Assembly (NCBI GenBank): GCA_016906335.1
Contig: JADEYG010000009.1
Span: 1,612,001 to 1,653,258, forward strand
DNA: 41,258 nt
DNA from: Novakomyces olei
Lineage: Eukaryota
Reading direction: 5' to 3'
The position numbers and the translations under genes were made by a program. Below the pieces are notes generated by a model. That model was not told the origin of the DNA and did no database searches. It was given only the letters and a program-made list of their open reading frames with translations. Positions within the stretch are counted from its first letter, which is position 1, and every line of letters starts with the position of its first letter. This document shows positions 1 to 13,672 of the stretch, piece by piece.

Positions 1-1762
1 ATTGTCTGGCCTCTCGTGCTTCACATTAACGTCATTCGAGGAACCAATCCGATTGCAATCAGTGAAGTGTGAAAGGTTTATATCAAATAGCCTTTGCCCG
101 CTGAAAGCTAAAGCAGCCAGTTCATTTGAGTTTAAATTAGAAGCATGAATGTCGTTCGCCAATCTCATATTGAAAAGACTGGCTAGAGCTCGATTTTCTA
201 GTTCGGCCATCGATTTATCATTCTTCGAGTTGGTATTTGCTCCCAAAGACGATGCAACGGCATTCCGTGCAATCTGATCGTTTCCATGATCCAGAATCGA
301 ACCTGCTACTTCGAGCAAGCCGGGATCAATCGCACTATGGCTAGGCCAAACAGCTTTTGAGTCTTGCTTTGTTTCCATATTGTTGGCCCGAGCAAAGGAG
401 TTGTAATTGGTGTCGGGCAGCGCCACCCGTCCCTGTTCAGCCACAGTTTGGCGAATCAAGCCTAAATCTTGGTCTATTTCCCAATTGCTCAAGTGGAAAA
501 TGTTGAGCGGCACGCAATATTTAGGGAATGGTGATTTCTCAGACAATTTTGGGTATATTTCACGTAATTTGACGTTACGGTATCTTTCAACAATTGCATA
601 ACGTTTACGAGAATTGTCTCTCAAAAGCTTTCCAAAAAGTTGCTGCTTTTGCCACTAGAGATACTGATTAGCGACGCAATCCAATATAAAGTGGCATTAA
701 AAGACAAGATCGATCTCGAGATACAAAACAAATAGCACGAGTCAACAGAGATATAAAAAAAAGAAATTCAAATAAAGAAAATTAACATTAAAGTACCAAA
801 TATGTCTGTAGGCATTGCTGTGTCATTGAACGCTGAACTCTTCTCGACATTTTTTTCTTCATCGCCATTTCCGAATGCGCCCTTTGAATACGTCGGTCAC
901 GAGCAGCCGCCAGCTGCTGGATATCATCTGCAAACATTGAGCTCTTTCCTAGTCGTACATTTGTCTCCTCCGCCCGCAAAGATGCTTCTTTAAGATTGCA
1001 CAACGTAGTAGCTATGGCCCTGTAAAAGTTTGCGAGTATATTTTGTAAGGAATCCTCATCGCGACTTTGACTATTCTCCGATACTTCTAGCATACTTGCA
1101 ACTTGAGACTGTTGCTCTTGTTTTAGCGGCACCGAATTGATCTCTGGGTTTGAATAAATATTAGGGTTTAATCATAAAATTTATAAATTGAATACCCTTT
1201 GAATGATATAGCTTTCGTCTCTTGACAGGCGTAAACGATTCCATCTCTACATTTTCTTGTGACGGTTGTAAGCTTTCATTTTCCTGAGAAAGTCTGTCCG
1301 CCTCTTCATCCGTTTGTGCCATACGATTCTCTCGTTTAATTATTTCCCCGTTTGAAGAATGATTGCCATTTCTGAATGATAACGGCGAGGAAGCGTTTTC
1401 AGATTGCTTTTCTCTTGCAACAGGCGTCTCTGAGGTATTTCTTGTTGCGCTCGGCTCACCGCTTGATGCATCGACTTGCTTTCCTGTATATTCTTTTGCA
1501 AATGCAGTTAGTATCCACTCTGTAATGATTGCGTATATCGAAGAATAGACTTTTAAAAGAGAAACGAGCAACGAGAACCAAGATTCTTTGTATTTAGTAT
1601 ACTTGAAAAGGGCGACCATATAAAGGCCGAAGATTCTTCCGTCGGAGCGGAATTAGACCCCGCCGGAATAGTTTCCGGCTGTGGATTTTTCTTGAAAAAG
1701 GCGCGCTTTATTGCATTAGATCGATTATTGCCTATCCCCTGGCTAAATAGCCCAAAGGGCAT
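1..1762 (-). CDS. Multi-exon gene, 3' end truncated by the window; divergent Sds3/Dep1-like (Rpd3L/Sin3-HDAC subunit family) coiled-coil protein
   Basis: ORFs 1553-1762, 1161-1619, 788-1132 and an open frame from ~656 to 1 can be joined through GT..CTAAY..AG introns (~1601-1490, ~1195-1143, ~796-657). The segments LRAEETNVRLGKSSMFADDIQQLAAARDRRIQRA and LSNWEIDQDLGLIR resemble the Sds3-like coiled coil and its C-terminal L..xEIxxDL motif. Family assignment is by eye. Confidence 0.5.
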
Positions 1763-3240
1763 TTTTCATCCCCAAACTTAGACGCAGTGCAACGATAAAA
1801 ATAGGCGAACAAGGCAATCAAACCGAACAAAAAGTATCAACGGGGCTGCTAAACAAATCTGCAGCTTTTAGTTTAATCTTGGTCTAAAAAGTGACAAGGC
1901 CAAGACACAAAAGTGCGAGATTTAGTGGTGTATAATAATAATGTATGACTACTACATTGAGTTATAGCAATGTTTCTAATATAATAATTATGTAATTTGC
2001 ATGCATAAATTACTTGGGCTCTCAATATGAGGATCAAATATTGAGGATCAATAATCCAGCTCATGGATCCGGCGACGACCAAGACGGAGATTCAGTTTTG
2101 AATCTACCCATATTTCTAATTCTGTTAAGAGAAACATTGGGCGACGTCTTTGGAGCCATCGGACTTTCTTCACAAATTTCACGTTAATAAAGAAGATGTA
2201 AAGACAACTTATTTTGGTCCATTCATATGCCGTAGTGACAGTCAGAGGAGTCCTTCAACGATACAAATATCATTCAGAGCGCCGCGAAGGCTAGGCTTAA
2301 CAGAATTATGGCTTTAAAAGGGCATTGAATAAGCTCCGTAATGAATATAGAGACAGCCTTTGGCTAATAGTGAAGTATAATACAAATCTGGTAGAAAGGT
2401 TAAAAAAATTAATATTACATTCCATGGGTTCATCCGATTTAAAGCAAGCAAAATTGAATACCAGCAAACCGCTTCCTGTTTTCTAATTAACAATAAACTA
2501 TAATCGCACAACTCTACTTCACTCCCATTAGCCTCTGTAGAAACTTTGCCATTTATACTACTTCATACAGCACATTGGACTAGTCAGTATCTTGTCTCAT
2601 ATTTAAAACCAGAAATTACTCTAATGGGACAATAATCAAGTAATGCACTCCACGCGCGATGCTACTGGTGCGTGAGTATATGTGTTTAGTTTCCTGCCAA
2701 TTATATTTGCAGATCAAGATAAGCCCAAAAAAGTAATAGTAATCGCTTATCAAACTCGAACAACAAAATCGCAAAATAGTGTGTCAATCAAAAGTGGCGA
2801 TTACCGAGATTTTGATAAATGGATACTATAAAATACTCCGAAGATGCTTAAAGAGTTTTGCAATTTATTCTACGACGCTACAAGAGATTTAATCTCTAAA
2901 TCCAACCCAGTGCCTAAGCCAAGTCAGGCAAGCATTAAGATTTGTAAGGCAAAAGCCCGATTTTCAACAGAAACGACTATATTAGGAGCAAAAGGCCACG
3001 TGAAACTAGTAGAGACTAATAATTTGATTAAAAAATTTAGACGCTCAGCCTTGTTTGCGGAATCCTACGTTTATTTTTTTCGCTCACTTTAAAGGCTAAG
3101 TTAAGGCCAATTGTGACCCCTCAACTATAGCACAGTATAGTCGTTTTGACACGCAATTATATTAACAGTTTTCCAAATTAATTTGTTTATTTCACAATAA
3201 TTATACTTCAAATTTAATCCCTAAAGTCATACTGACACTA

Positions 3241-4386
3241 CTACGGCTGCACGCTCAATAACAAACTCGCACTGGCCAGTTGTCTTCGTAAATCAGCGTG
3301 ATTAACATCATGCGTATCCTCAACTTCTCCCCATCTCTCAGCCTGGAACCGTTCTTCCAGTCCTGCGAGCCGAGCAACATCCTCAATAGACATATAATCA
3401 GCGGCCCCATTTCCCGCATCAACAACCATTCTTGTTGCCAGTAAGAAAGACTTTGTGGCCATAAGAATACGCTCAAATGCGCATAATCGCCAATTGTTGA
3501 GGCTTTCTAGCCATTTTAACACTGCCTCGTGACACTCAGCCGATTGTGAGTGAGGTGCGAATCCTTGATCTCCGTCTTGAGCAGAAATAGCAACGCCAAA
3601 GTACTCTTCCGCCCATAAACGTAGTGGATCCCACTCTTGATGCTGAGCATCTAATAAGCGGCCATCATACTCACTAGACGGAGAATATATCAACGTGGCA
3701 TCCGTGTCGAGATAACGCAGAAATTTACGTACAGTAACTTTACGTTCTGTACGCCTTGCCTCCGTATCCGCTGGATTCTCTTTCCAAAAGTCAATAGCCC
3801 TTGTACAAAGACTCGTAAGTGGTAGGGAATAGTGCCGGATAGTGGCAGTATGTAGAGAATTCCATTCCCCAGCTACCAGCATGGCCAAGCGTCTCTTGGA
3901 TTTTGGTATAAGTATTATATGGCCATCGGGAGTCTTTAAGGTACGAGAGTCAAGTAGAATGGTGTAGCCGTCTGATCCGTTAGTTTATATAGACCAAACC
4001 ACTGTTAAGAAGGGGTAGAAAGACGTGATCAAATATGACACGAGTGAGGCACCGCACAGTTTAACGCCAGAAAAGAAAAGCAAAAATATAATAAAGTAAA
4101 GCTCAGAACGGAAGCAAAAAGCGATTAATTCTGTTCATAAATGAACTTGCGAAATCAACGAAAACGCGCTTGCGGACGTACCAATAGCTTCCCCGATATC
4201 TACAACGGAGTAAAAGCGACGAAATTTTTGCTTGTTCAAAGCCGCCTCTATTGCCTGTGTCTGTGCTTTTGCCGGTTCAGTGGCGTAGCATCGAGATTTT
4301 AAAGCAGAGAATGCATGAACGCGACCTGCATTGAACAGCCTCAGCTTTGTAGAAACCGGTAAACGGATCCGCAAACGAAGCGCCAT
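3241..4386 (-). CDS. ATP12: Mitochondrial F1-ATPase assembly chaperone Atp12; 2 exons (4386-4182, 3971-3241)
   Basis: Arg-rich mitochondrial presequence; motifs RRFY..V, ILLDSRTLKTP, LVAGEW, LPLTSLCTRAID, RYLDTDATL, LEERFQAERWGEVEDTHDV. Intron 3972-4181 (GTACGT..ACTAAC..CAG) joins the frames. Confidence 0.95.
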
Positions 4387-5316
4387 CGACGGCGAACGAG
4401 ATATGAGTATTTTTGCAACAAGACTTCCATATTATATAGTTTTGAATAGAATAATAAACTCGTTACATTATTCTTTATGTATATTAGCTATTGCGAAGAC
4501 TATTATCCAATAAAATATTACATATTAAAATCATAATGCAGCTTTCACTAGGCCGGACAAGGGACCAGTCCATTTTTTAGTCCTCTTGTGTAGTCAAGAC
4601 TTTTATGGTTAGCAATAAAGTTCAACTGTAAAGAGATAGTGTGATTATGCAAAATGATAAAGCATACGTCTCAAACCAGGCATAGGCATAATGCATTTGC
4701 CACTACTCTGTTATTAATCTCTTGATACTATTCTACACAAGCATCTTTTTGACATGTGTCTGTCTAACAGTTCATTGTGTGGGTATATTATGCAGTGAAT
4801 ATAGCAGATAGATTATCCTACAGCCACCACATAGCACTGAGTGATGCACAAATAAGCAAACCAATTAAAATAGCATTAAAATATACATCACATTACGGTG
4901 CAGGTCCTATAAAGGGCTTGAAAGAGTCCCTGTCCTATAAAGGACTTGAGAGTCCCTGAATCTGATCTTATATGATCGACATTGAGCGCAATTCAATTTT
5001 TTTGCCATTGAATTTGCCTCTAGCGAGCTTTTACGAACGATAGCACGGACAAAACAGGCTTTATCTAACAATGAGTCAATGAAGTGGTGACATAAATGTA
5101 TCCTTACGTGGTATTGTCTCAGAAACACAGCATTCTTATTATTTAGTTTTCTTATTATTATTGATCTTTTTAATCTTGTCATTCTTAGTATTGTCATTAT
5201 CTATGGAAGCCTGTCCGAAAAGGGTGACATTTTTTACGTCCTGAATATATTAAGCCAAAGATGCCGCTTTGTCCATATTTCAAAAGGCAATCATTTATCA
5301 TTTTCAAAACGTGGAA

Positions 5317-5976
5317 ATGATGCGTCTCGCAATTTTGGGTGTCAATGGTGGGTGTGCAAAAGAGGCGTGTCTTGAGGCAATTGCCAAAGGCTATGACGTG
5401 ACTGTTCTCGTCAGGGACAGGTCCCGTTGTTCTGTCAAAGAACAAGAAAATGTCTCAATAGTCGAGGGCGGTGCCCGCGATCCTGTAGCCGTCAAAACCT
5501 TGGTCACAAATAGCGACATTGTCTTGTTTGCCGTTGGTGGCAAACCCGGGTTTACGCTGTTTCATGGCTTTGTCAACGATGATCCGCATATTTGCGGAGA
5601 GGCAATGTCAGTTTTGGCTTCCGTAATCAACAAACTCGAAGCGCCACCGCGTCGCGTAATAGCGATTTCGACTACAGGTCTAGAACCTGGGGCACAAGAC
5701 GTTCCGTGGGCGTTTCGCGGCCTTTATCGTTACGCTCTTCATTCGCCACATCTTGATAAACAGGCTATGGAGTCTGTGCTGAGACAAGATGTTAAAGTGC
5801 CGGAATGGATTATCGTCCGAGCGAGTCTGCTGACTGACGGGGATAGCGCATATGATAGCGTACGCACTCAAGCTGTAGGCTATACTATTTCGCGAGTTGA
5901 CGTGGGCAAATTTATTGCCCGTGAGTGTTTTGAGACTGACCGGTGGGTCAACCAGATTGTGACGGTTACGTACTAG
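5317..5976 (+). CDS. NAD(P)H-binding Rossmann oxidoreductase (flavin reductase/BVR-B-like atypical SDR)
   Basis: N-terminal LAILGVNGGCA..GYDVTVLVRD, IVEGGARD, HLDKQAME, WIIVRASLLTDG, GYTISRVDVGKFI; intronless. Confidence 0.85.
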   Translation: MMRLAILGVNGGCAKEACLEAIAKGYDVTVLVRDRSRCSVKEQENVSIVEGGARDPVAVKTLVTNSDIVLFAVGGKPGFTLFHGFVNDDPHICGEAMSVLASVINKLEAPPRRVIAISTTGLEPGAQDVPWAFRGLYRYALHSPHLDKQAMESVLRQDVKVPEWIIVRASLLTDGDSAYDSVRTQAVGYTISRVDVGKFIARECFETDRWVNQIVTVTY

Positions 5977-6168
5977 CTGAAAACAGGAAACTGTTGAAAA
6001 TCAAGGAGGGGAGAGTGGCCGTTCGTCCATCAGGGTCAGGGCTTGTATAGTTGCGATGATAACCATCAATTTTGGCGGGCAACCGTAAACAATTTATTGA
6101 TTTATGTACTAGTGTTTAATCGAGATTATTCTAAACTAGTCTAATTTTTTAATTGTTTTACTTTTGCT

Positions 6169-8007
6169 TTACAATGACACAGATCTAATCGAAAGTGTAT
6201 CATTTTGCTTGATCTCGTCCCGCGAATCGTCGTTCTTTCCATTTCTTCCCACAGTGTTCACCAATTTTTCTTGCTCGATAGAGCTACTGCTGTTTTTGGT
6301 GTTATTACCGAATTTGCGTAGTAGAGCCCACAGGAGAAAGGCAAAGAGAATAGTGGAAACGTTTAGAGCAAACGTCATTGGGTATGCCCGTTTATAATGT
6401 GGCGCCTCTGACGAAGGAAAAACTGTCGCCAAAAGAATCGCACTAATGGCTTGACCAATAGTGTTTGTGATCGTTAGAGCGAGGCCTCTATGAGCATGAT
6501 TGTGCTTGTAAATGTCGTTCATCCAGCTATAAATGGCTGGGGACATTGCCGTACTGCAAAACAAGGTGTTCATGGCAAACCATGTTGCATTTTTTGGCAC
6601 GTCCCAGATAGTCAGGATCAAGTTTCCAATACCGCAAACTCCACATGCTAGAATCGTTGGGACAAGGTACGAATCCAAGGAGTCCGCCAGGTAAGAGGCC
6701 ACAACAACCCAAAAAAGTCCAATTGCTGGGGCAGTAATAGAAAGAATATTAAGGTAACTTGTAGTGAACTGATCCAGTGATTTCAGCCAAAGCAAGTACG
6801 AACCTGCTGAGGAAGCATTTCCTGCGTTCCAAAAGACAATATCAAAGGGAATAAGCACCCAAATTTTCCAGTCTTTAATGAAATTGAGAAAGACTCTCCA
6901 TGTAATTCGAGAATCGTGCACATCACCGCCCACGCTTTCCATTCGAAGTCGTGAAATTTCGATTTCGCGTTTAGTTAGTAACAAACTGGTGCAGCGCTCT
7001 GGAATTCCCGGCCAGATTACATAACCCAGTAGTCCACAAAAGATTGTGACTACCCCGCAAATGACTGGGAAAGTTAGCTTTGGTAATCGTTGCTACTCAA
7101 TAAATATTTGTGAAAATAAATAAAAAAGAAACATAAACATATAGACACATACTAAATGTCCATTGCCAGCCCTCAAGCTCGCCTCGTCCATGCAGATTTC
7201 TAATTGCAGCAGACTGAATAAGACCCGAGGTCAGTGTTCCAAGACAAAGACCCAAATAGAAAATTGACGCGCGCCGTTTCTAAAGCAAATTTGAGTAATT
7301 GTCAAATGGTATTGCGCCTTACAATTTCTGTAGGTTTATACCAAGAGCCTAGCAGGTAATGGACCGCAACAAAGTAAGGTCCTTCGCAGGCTCCAATGAA
7401 AAATCGGAAAGCGGCGAGGTCGTTAAAGCTGCGTGACCGATACTGGACAAGAGTAAAAATTCCCCAAACGATGTCGAGAGAAGGAATAAGATACTGGACT
7501 GGAACAATAGTAGCGCTATAGGCAAAAGTGAGCTGAAACACACACGTAGCCGCTGTGAAAATTGCTTGAAGATTGCTAAGATCATTGCCTGCTAAACCTG
7601 CACTGCCAAAAATTATGTTAATTAGAAATATTATTTCATTTTTTGCTGTTATGGAACTTACGATTCTCGAAGACCGCTCACCTGAAAACATTAGTTGGTT
7701 AGACTTGCAAAATATGCCGACAAATATTATTCAGGAGTAGCAGTAGCGACAATAAATGGAAAAAGTGAAAGTGAAATCGAATTAGCAGATGGATATTATT
7801 TTGTAAAACTGAAAAGAAAATCATCTAGCTCAAGACGAGAAAACTTACGTATGCATTATTCAAACTCGTTTGGTCCAAATATTTAATCCAATAGAGAATA
7901 AATCCGTAGACCGGGATCATCAAGTCCAGTTTGGTTAGCAGCTTTCGCTCTTCTGGTGTATCCTTGGGATCAAACCACCGAAATTTGGATAGAACGGAGA
8001 CAGCCAT
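6169..8007 (-). CDS. MFS anion:cation symporter, Fen2/Liz1/Seo1 (pantothenate/allantoate-type) permease; ~5 exons including a ~20 nt microexon
   Basis: ERKLLTKLDL..YWIKYLDQTSLNNAY|VSGLRES|AGLAGNDL, FRFFIGACEG, LGSWYKPTE, RRASIFY, HGRGELEGWQWTF; introns with GTAAGT/GTAAGG/GTATGT donors. Confidence 0.85.
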
Positions 8008-8984
8008 TGTTTTTTTTGTGATGATGGAACCAGAGTTTTGAAAAGTGTAAACAAAAGAGCGTTCAGTCGGCAAACATCCAACCTTTAACAAGTTCAGAGA
8101 TATCCATTGTCTTTTATAGACATCACCCGTATCAAGCACGTCAGTCCTCATTATTGCGCTAGTTTCTTATTTCATCGCCGGCATCTTGTGCGGAGAGCAC
8201 GTAACTTGGTATAATACTACCGTATTGGGCTGCGTGGGATGCCAACATGGGACAAAGGGCCAATCACAGAGGAGTTTAAATGCGTGAGCAAAATACCATT
8301 ATTAAGAGTTATTTTGCATGTTGCAATTACAGTATCTTCAGACGATTTGGAAAAGTCAAAAGGGCCAGGCTTACATACGCTTGCGAGCTATTTTGCTTTT
8401 AGGCTTCGAAATGGTGCTGCTAAGCGAGAGATCTAGCATATATTGTCGGCATGATACATTATAAGCGGAGACACGCGCGCAAAATACTCAAGTATAGGCT
8501 CCACAAATTAGGGCCAGGGTTTACACTCAAAGGCGGGAAGTAATCTTGCCGCCTCCCACGTAACGCGTAAACAGAATTGATAAAATTCGCTATTCACTTC
8601 CAACTGTTTGCAAATGCTAAACATATCGATGGCAAGAGCTTTCAAAATTTGCTTTTTGTATCTGTCTATCTTCTATTGTAATCGCACACAGCCAGGCTCA
8701 TCCATACCGTTTATTACAATGAGGACTATCCTAAGAGTGTTCTCTTGTTATCACACTTAGAATTATAAAGTTAGTTCCACCGTAAATTATACAAATTTTG
8801 CACCTTGATACCACAAGCTCATGTCAGAAAAGCTTGGATTTATATATACAGACGGTGAATGATATCGAACAAGTTTATTAAAATAGCTTAGAATTAAAAA
8901 GTACTCCGCATTTCTCTGATCATGTGTAAATATTGCTCTACCATCTTACGTGATCATACCAATTCGCCAAACCAAATGACTATT

Positions 8985-10031
8985 TTATGCAATTGCTTCA
9001 CGTATGAATATCAAAGTTTCAGCTCGAATCCAACTTTGAAAGTCCTCTAAAGAACTCTCCGTCGGCTCCCATCCAGCATTACGCGCTCTGACTGCTCGGG
9101 CTCTGCTGTTACTGCCGATCAGATAACTCGGCTCAATAGGCAGTGAAACACCTTTAAAAAAAGCATCGATTTCGGGCTGAGTAGTATTAACGACCTTTGA
9201 ACCCGGCTTACTCAAACCCGCATCGATGAATGATTGGTTCACAGCGTGAGAAACGAATCTCCACTCAAACTCGCCATTCTCAGCAAAGTAAAATCCGCTA
9301 TATTTTTCTTCGTCCTCCAATAGCTTGCTAAATAGCAGGGAATAAGCTCGAGCGAGATCAGTTACATTTATCTGTGTCCAAACCGCCAATCCTTTGCCGA
9401 TATGAAAAGCCTGTCGGTTTTGTATTCCGATTTTGATGTTAAGCGGTACTTGAAACGAGTGCACAGTCAGTCCAGTCCCATGTCCCCAAATAAGTGGAGG
9501 CGCTATTATTGCAGTTGCAACACGGTTCTGCCTGGTGACATGCTGAATTAATAGATCAACGTTCCTATGTGGAGCATTATCAGGAATAGAAGCGAGTTCA
9601 TGCTCATTGTCGTCATGATAAACTTTGCCGCCTTTGAATTGACCCTTTGCGTCGTCCTGTAGCAAACTCGTACCGCTCGTATGCAAATAAATCGGATTAG
9701 CTCCCGACTTTTTAGCAGAAACAAGTCCTTTTAATATTGCGTCGGCCGCATCATAGTCATCGGCATTTGCAGTATGTACAGTTGCATCAGCCGCAGCAGT
9801 CTCTTTTTCTAGTAAGCTTAAATCTTGCAAACTGCCTTGAATGATTTCAATATACTGCGCCCAACCTCTGAGCTCGGCCCAGCGCTCTAATTGCCGCTGT
9901 TTTTCTGGTGTGCGCACTAATACACGCACGCGTATATTCTTGATGTTTTGTAGTTGATCCGCCAAAATTCGGGTCAAAACGGTTCCCCCAATGTAGCCTG
10001 TTGCGCCTGTAAAGAATATCGTAAACGCCAT
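8985..10031 (-). CDS. NAD-dependent epimerase/dehydratase-like extended SDR (YLL056C-like)
   Basis: IFFTGATGYIGG Rossmann motif, YLHTSGTS, HRNVD, IIAPPLIWG, GSNSRARAVRAR..GWEP; intronless, 348 aa. Confidence 0.85.
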   Translation of the reverse strand: MAFTIFFTGATGYIGGTVLTRILADQLQNIKNIRVRVLVRTPEKQRQLERWAELRGWAQYIEIIQGSLQDLSLLEKETAAADATVHTANADDYDAADAILKGLVSAKKSGANPIYLHTSGTSLLQDDAKGQFKGGKVYHDDNEHELASIPDNAPHRNVDLLIQHVTRQNRVATAIIAPPLIWGHGTGLTVHSFQVPLNIKIGIQNRQAFHIGKGLAVWTQINVTDLARAYSLLFSKLLEDEEKYSGFYFAENGEFEWRFVSHAVNQSFIDAGLSKPGSKVVNTTQPEIDAFFKGVSLPIEPSYLIGSNSRARAVRARNAGWEPTESSLEDFQSWIRAETLIFIREAIA

Positions 10032-10804
10032 CTTGTCTCTGTTCCACTACTTGCAACTTTTCACGGCTCATCCACGAGCCGAAGTCTGTATATATATATT
10101 TTGGCCATTGGCAATTTGACGTAATACAAGTAGTCGATTATGTAATCACAATTAGCACATATTGTATCAGTAAAATGGATCTCGATACTTTTTTACGGTT
10201 TTTACTACTTTCTGTTGAATCATGCATAATTTCTATTGCCTTGTACATCGACTCGTCCACAAAGATACGAACCAATTCAGCTGATGGAACAGCTATAAAA
10301 CGCCTGCAATTATTATACGGTTTTTTGCGTATTAACTGTAACTTATTACAATATTAGAATAAAAGATTCAAACTTTGTACTATATGACGTAATAATTATG
10401 ACACTTCTATGTTCTATCACCAAATTTACGAGTAAAATATGATATAAATGTATAAGACCTTAATTAATTCGCATCCCCATTATATGTTCAGCTGCATTCT
10501 GATCACCGAACTGTAATTTATTTGTTTAGGCGCTATCAACAAGAGCTAAATTACAAAACATATATAATTTGAACAGCTTCTACAGACTTGTTTGCTTGTT
10601 CTATCTTTATGCTCGCAGGCGCCGGTAAAAGCACGGATTTCCATATAGTACAAAAATCATCAACACATCAATAAAATGTACACCAGTTTTATAGTATCTC
10701 ATCATCCCACTGAATGAAATCCTCACCTTTAAAATCCCAGTTTCTCGCAAAATACTTAGTATCAAACAGTTTGCCTTGACCCGTGTTTCAAATCCATTCT
10801 TGTA

Positions 10805-13672
10805 TTACCATATATTATGCTCCAGCATTGTATTAAATACCCAGTCTGTATCGCTGCTTTGGATCGAATTTGCTAATGCCATTAATTGGGTTGCTGTTGA
10901 CCCATCAACAAGGACGAGATCATCACTTATTATCGAATTAGCAGTCGGCCAAGCTTCCTCTGGAGTAATTTGATCAACCGCGTGTGCTAATTCCGGAGGC
11001 ACTAGAGCACTGGATGAAGGTAAATTCACGTTTGATGCTTGGGGATTTATTGGATGCCCATTGTCGTTTGATGTACTAGACTCGCGTTCGAAAGAGCGCA
11101 TTGAATCTTCCCGTGTTATGTAGTAAATATTAGAACTCAGCTGCTGAAGCTCTGAGCGACGATATTTCGCAATAAGATTGCCGCTTAAAACCATTTCTTT
11201 AAAGACTACATCCGCTTTTTTCAACCAGATTTCCCTGTCTTTTAAAAGATCTTGATTAATGGCAGAGCACGTTAAGAGAATGACGGTAGAAACGGATATA
11301 TTCTCAAGATCATGCGCCAAAAATGTTTCTTTTACACCGTTAGCCGCTAGTATTCAAGCAAGCAAAATATATTAATTCGCAAACATTAATTCAACCACGA
11401 AAATTAAAATTTATATATAAATACCGAAACTCAAGATCAAAAGCAAACAAAAACTTTATCAAGAAATGAAACATTGAAGCTTAAAAAAGAAGACAACGAA
11501 CTAAATTGAAATTCATTATTTTACCTAGTAGACCTTGTGATTGAAGTCTATTAAGAATATTAGTTATTTGCTGTGATGATTCGACACATGTACGCATAAG
11601 ACTGCTGACGCTATGCGAAGAATATAGAAGGTCTAAAAGTGATTTCGAAGCTTTTAATCGGATTTTCAATAGGCAGAAAGCCAGTGGACGAATTGCAAAA
11701 ACGATACACTTGTCTTTTAGTAAAAGCTGGCATCAAAGAATCCAGAAAATAGGCTAAGGCATCTTTATACTCTTACCTGGTGATACAAAAGATGAAGATG
11801 CGCTGACGTCCTGGAAACTCCACTTGTTTCCTTGTCAGATTGTAAAGGAAAAGTACTGCGAAGTTCATCGTTTAATTCTGCCAAATTCGATAATGCCGCC
11901 TTTGTGCTAAGTAAAAATGTTCGGTTTAGTCTTCCTTGAAGAGCATACACAGCTATTTTGTTAATTGTACGTATAAGATCATAGCAGCTATAGTTGCACT
12001 TACTGTTGTTAATTTTCGCAATAACTCTGGAGAGCTTTAAATGCATTTGAAGCGAAGTCGTCATTTCTGCCAATCCGGGAGAGCTTATAGGCATTATATT
12101 TGTGGCATCGTTGCTTAGGTATTGAGGTAGACCCATCAAAGAAGTCATCTCAAGATCTAAAACGTATATAGTCCACCATATTTTAGTGCATCTTGCGACT
12201 GTCTTTTCTCCTAGAGACTCTTTGGACATGGCAGTGTGCATGCCTTGCGCCATAGCCATTCTAACAGCTTGGCCAATCTATTTTATAGTTAGACAAAGAT
12301 CAAACACTAAAGGCAAAAGGAAAATTATCGAGCAAAGACCAAACATGGAAGATTTAAAACATCAATATTCAGATATCGAAATATTTGTTAATGATATAAA
12401 CACCAGAACCCCGAATTAATAGAAAAGACCTGATATCAGCTTACATAATTGTGAGCTGAGGCTCTATAATCAATTGCTTGGTAATAGAGCGCGATACAAG
12501 TCAAGATTTCTATAGATTGCACGTAATCGCGATACAATGCAGAAGGGTCCGGTAAGAGTTGCAGAGCCTTTACAAAAAAGACGGCTCCCGGCGGTCTATT
12601 ATTGCTAAGACCCTTTTGCTGCGCGAAGCCTTTACCGAGCGCTAAAATAAGCAGGAAGTGAATGTACCACAAGCTGTTTTTAGACAGTGCGGAACAATCG
12701 TCCGAATAAAATTCTTGTAAATTCTGCATAAAGACATCCTCGTCGTATAAATGATATAATTGCCCACAATGAAACTTGACGGTATTGATAAGGTAAAGGG
12801 TATAATCTAACGTAGGGATCGGAAGAGAACATTCGTCACTAACATTAAACCGCAGCCCATCCCAGCCCGTATCATACGTCGACTCATCAAATATTAAAGC
12901 GTCCGTTGGCAAAGGTCTTTCGTACAAGTGCAGATAGGTCATGCTCAGAATTCTGAGTATAAACGACCAATTTGACGATGTTCCCATATAGACTAAGAGT
13001 CAGCATTTTGAAATATGCAGGAAAGAGAGTAGAAAAGTTAAAAATAAAATGAATAACTGTTTGTCGTGTCGAAAAAACATTGATAAATCAAAAGTGCTAT
13101 TAGAGGCAATAAAACTGAACGTACAAGTTCTCCCGCGCGATGTTGACATGTATGCAGGCGGCCCTGAAGAAAGCGGGTTTGGTAGACTCGCTGCTAATTC
13201 TTCAGTTTGCCCTTGCTCATCGATCCCTTGATTAACAGAGCTGCTGTAGGCCTTATTGGGCTCTTGATGAGATATATCTTTATCAGTTTGTATATGCCCA
13301 GAGCCTTATAACCCATACCGAAATTTTGGGAGTGATCTAAAGACTGATCTTGTTCCATCTTGCTCTGTTCCATGGCAGCTATTTTCTGCTGCAGTCGCAA
13401 AACGTATCTGAGATTAGTATATCTCTTCATTGCCCCTAAATATTAGCCTTTAAATAATTACCCTTTAGTCACGAGAATCCGCTGCTCATGGCCATCAAAA
13501 ACACACGCGAGGTTGCGTTTGCCGCATACATCGCACGGTTGAGTACCAGAACACTTGATTTTGAGCCTTCGACATCGCGAGCATCTAATACGGTACATTT
13601 AGCTTACGCATAATATTGTCAAACTTACGCGTTAGGGGCCCTTTTGTTAACCCGGTGAGCATTGCCCGCCAT
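10805..13672 (-). CDS. Zn(II)2Cys6 transcription factor with fungal-specific TF domain, Put3/PrnA-like; multi-exon
   Basis: Spliced N-terminus MAGNAHRVNKRAPNA|CSRCRRLKIKCSGTQPCDVCGKRNLACVF (intron 13585-13628; missed by the ORF track), a coiled coil, then YMGTSSNWSF, FHCGQLYHLYD and KIWWTIYVLD..SLMGLP, as seen in proline-utilisation-type regulators. Confidence 0.85.

Noticed and set aside
2063-2316. Possible small spliced + strand gene between the Sds3-like gene and ATP12
   Set aside because: Only weak splice donors and no recognisable protein motif.
8107-8125. DVYKRQ in ORF 7825-8151 resembles the translated Nextera/Tn5 mosaic end
   Set aside because: The DNA is TGATGTCTATAAAAGACAA, four mismatches from AGATGTGTATAAGAGACAG, and it coincides with a plausible TATA box ~105 nt upstream of the MFS start. 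Coincidence.
5317-10031. Reductase, MFS permease and SDR as members of the hydroxyproline cluster
   Set aside because: No CGG-N8-CCG site was seen in their promoters and there is no pathway step that needs them; treated as separate accessory genes, though not excluded.
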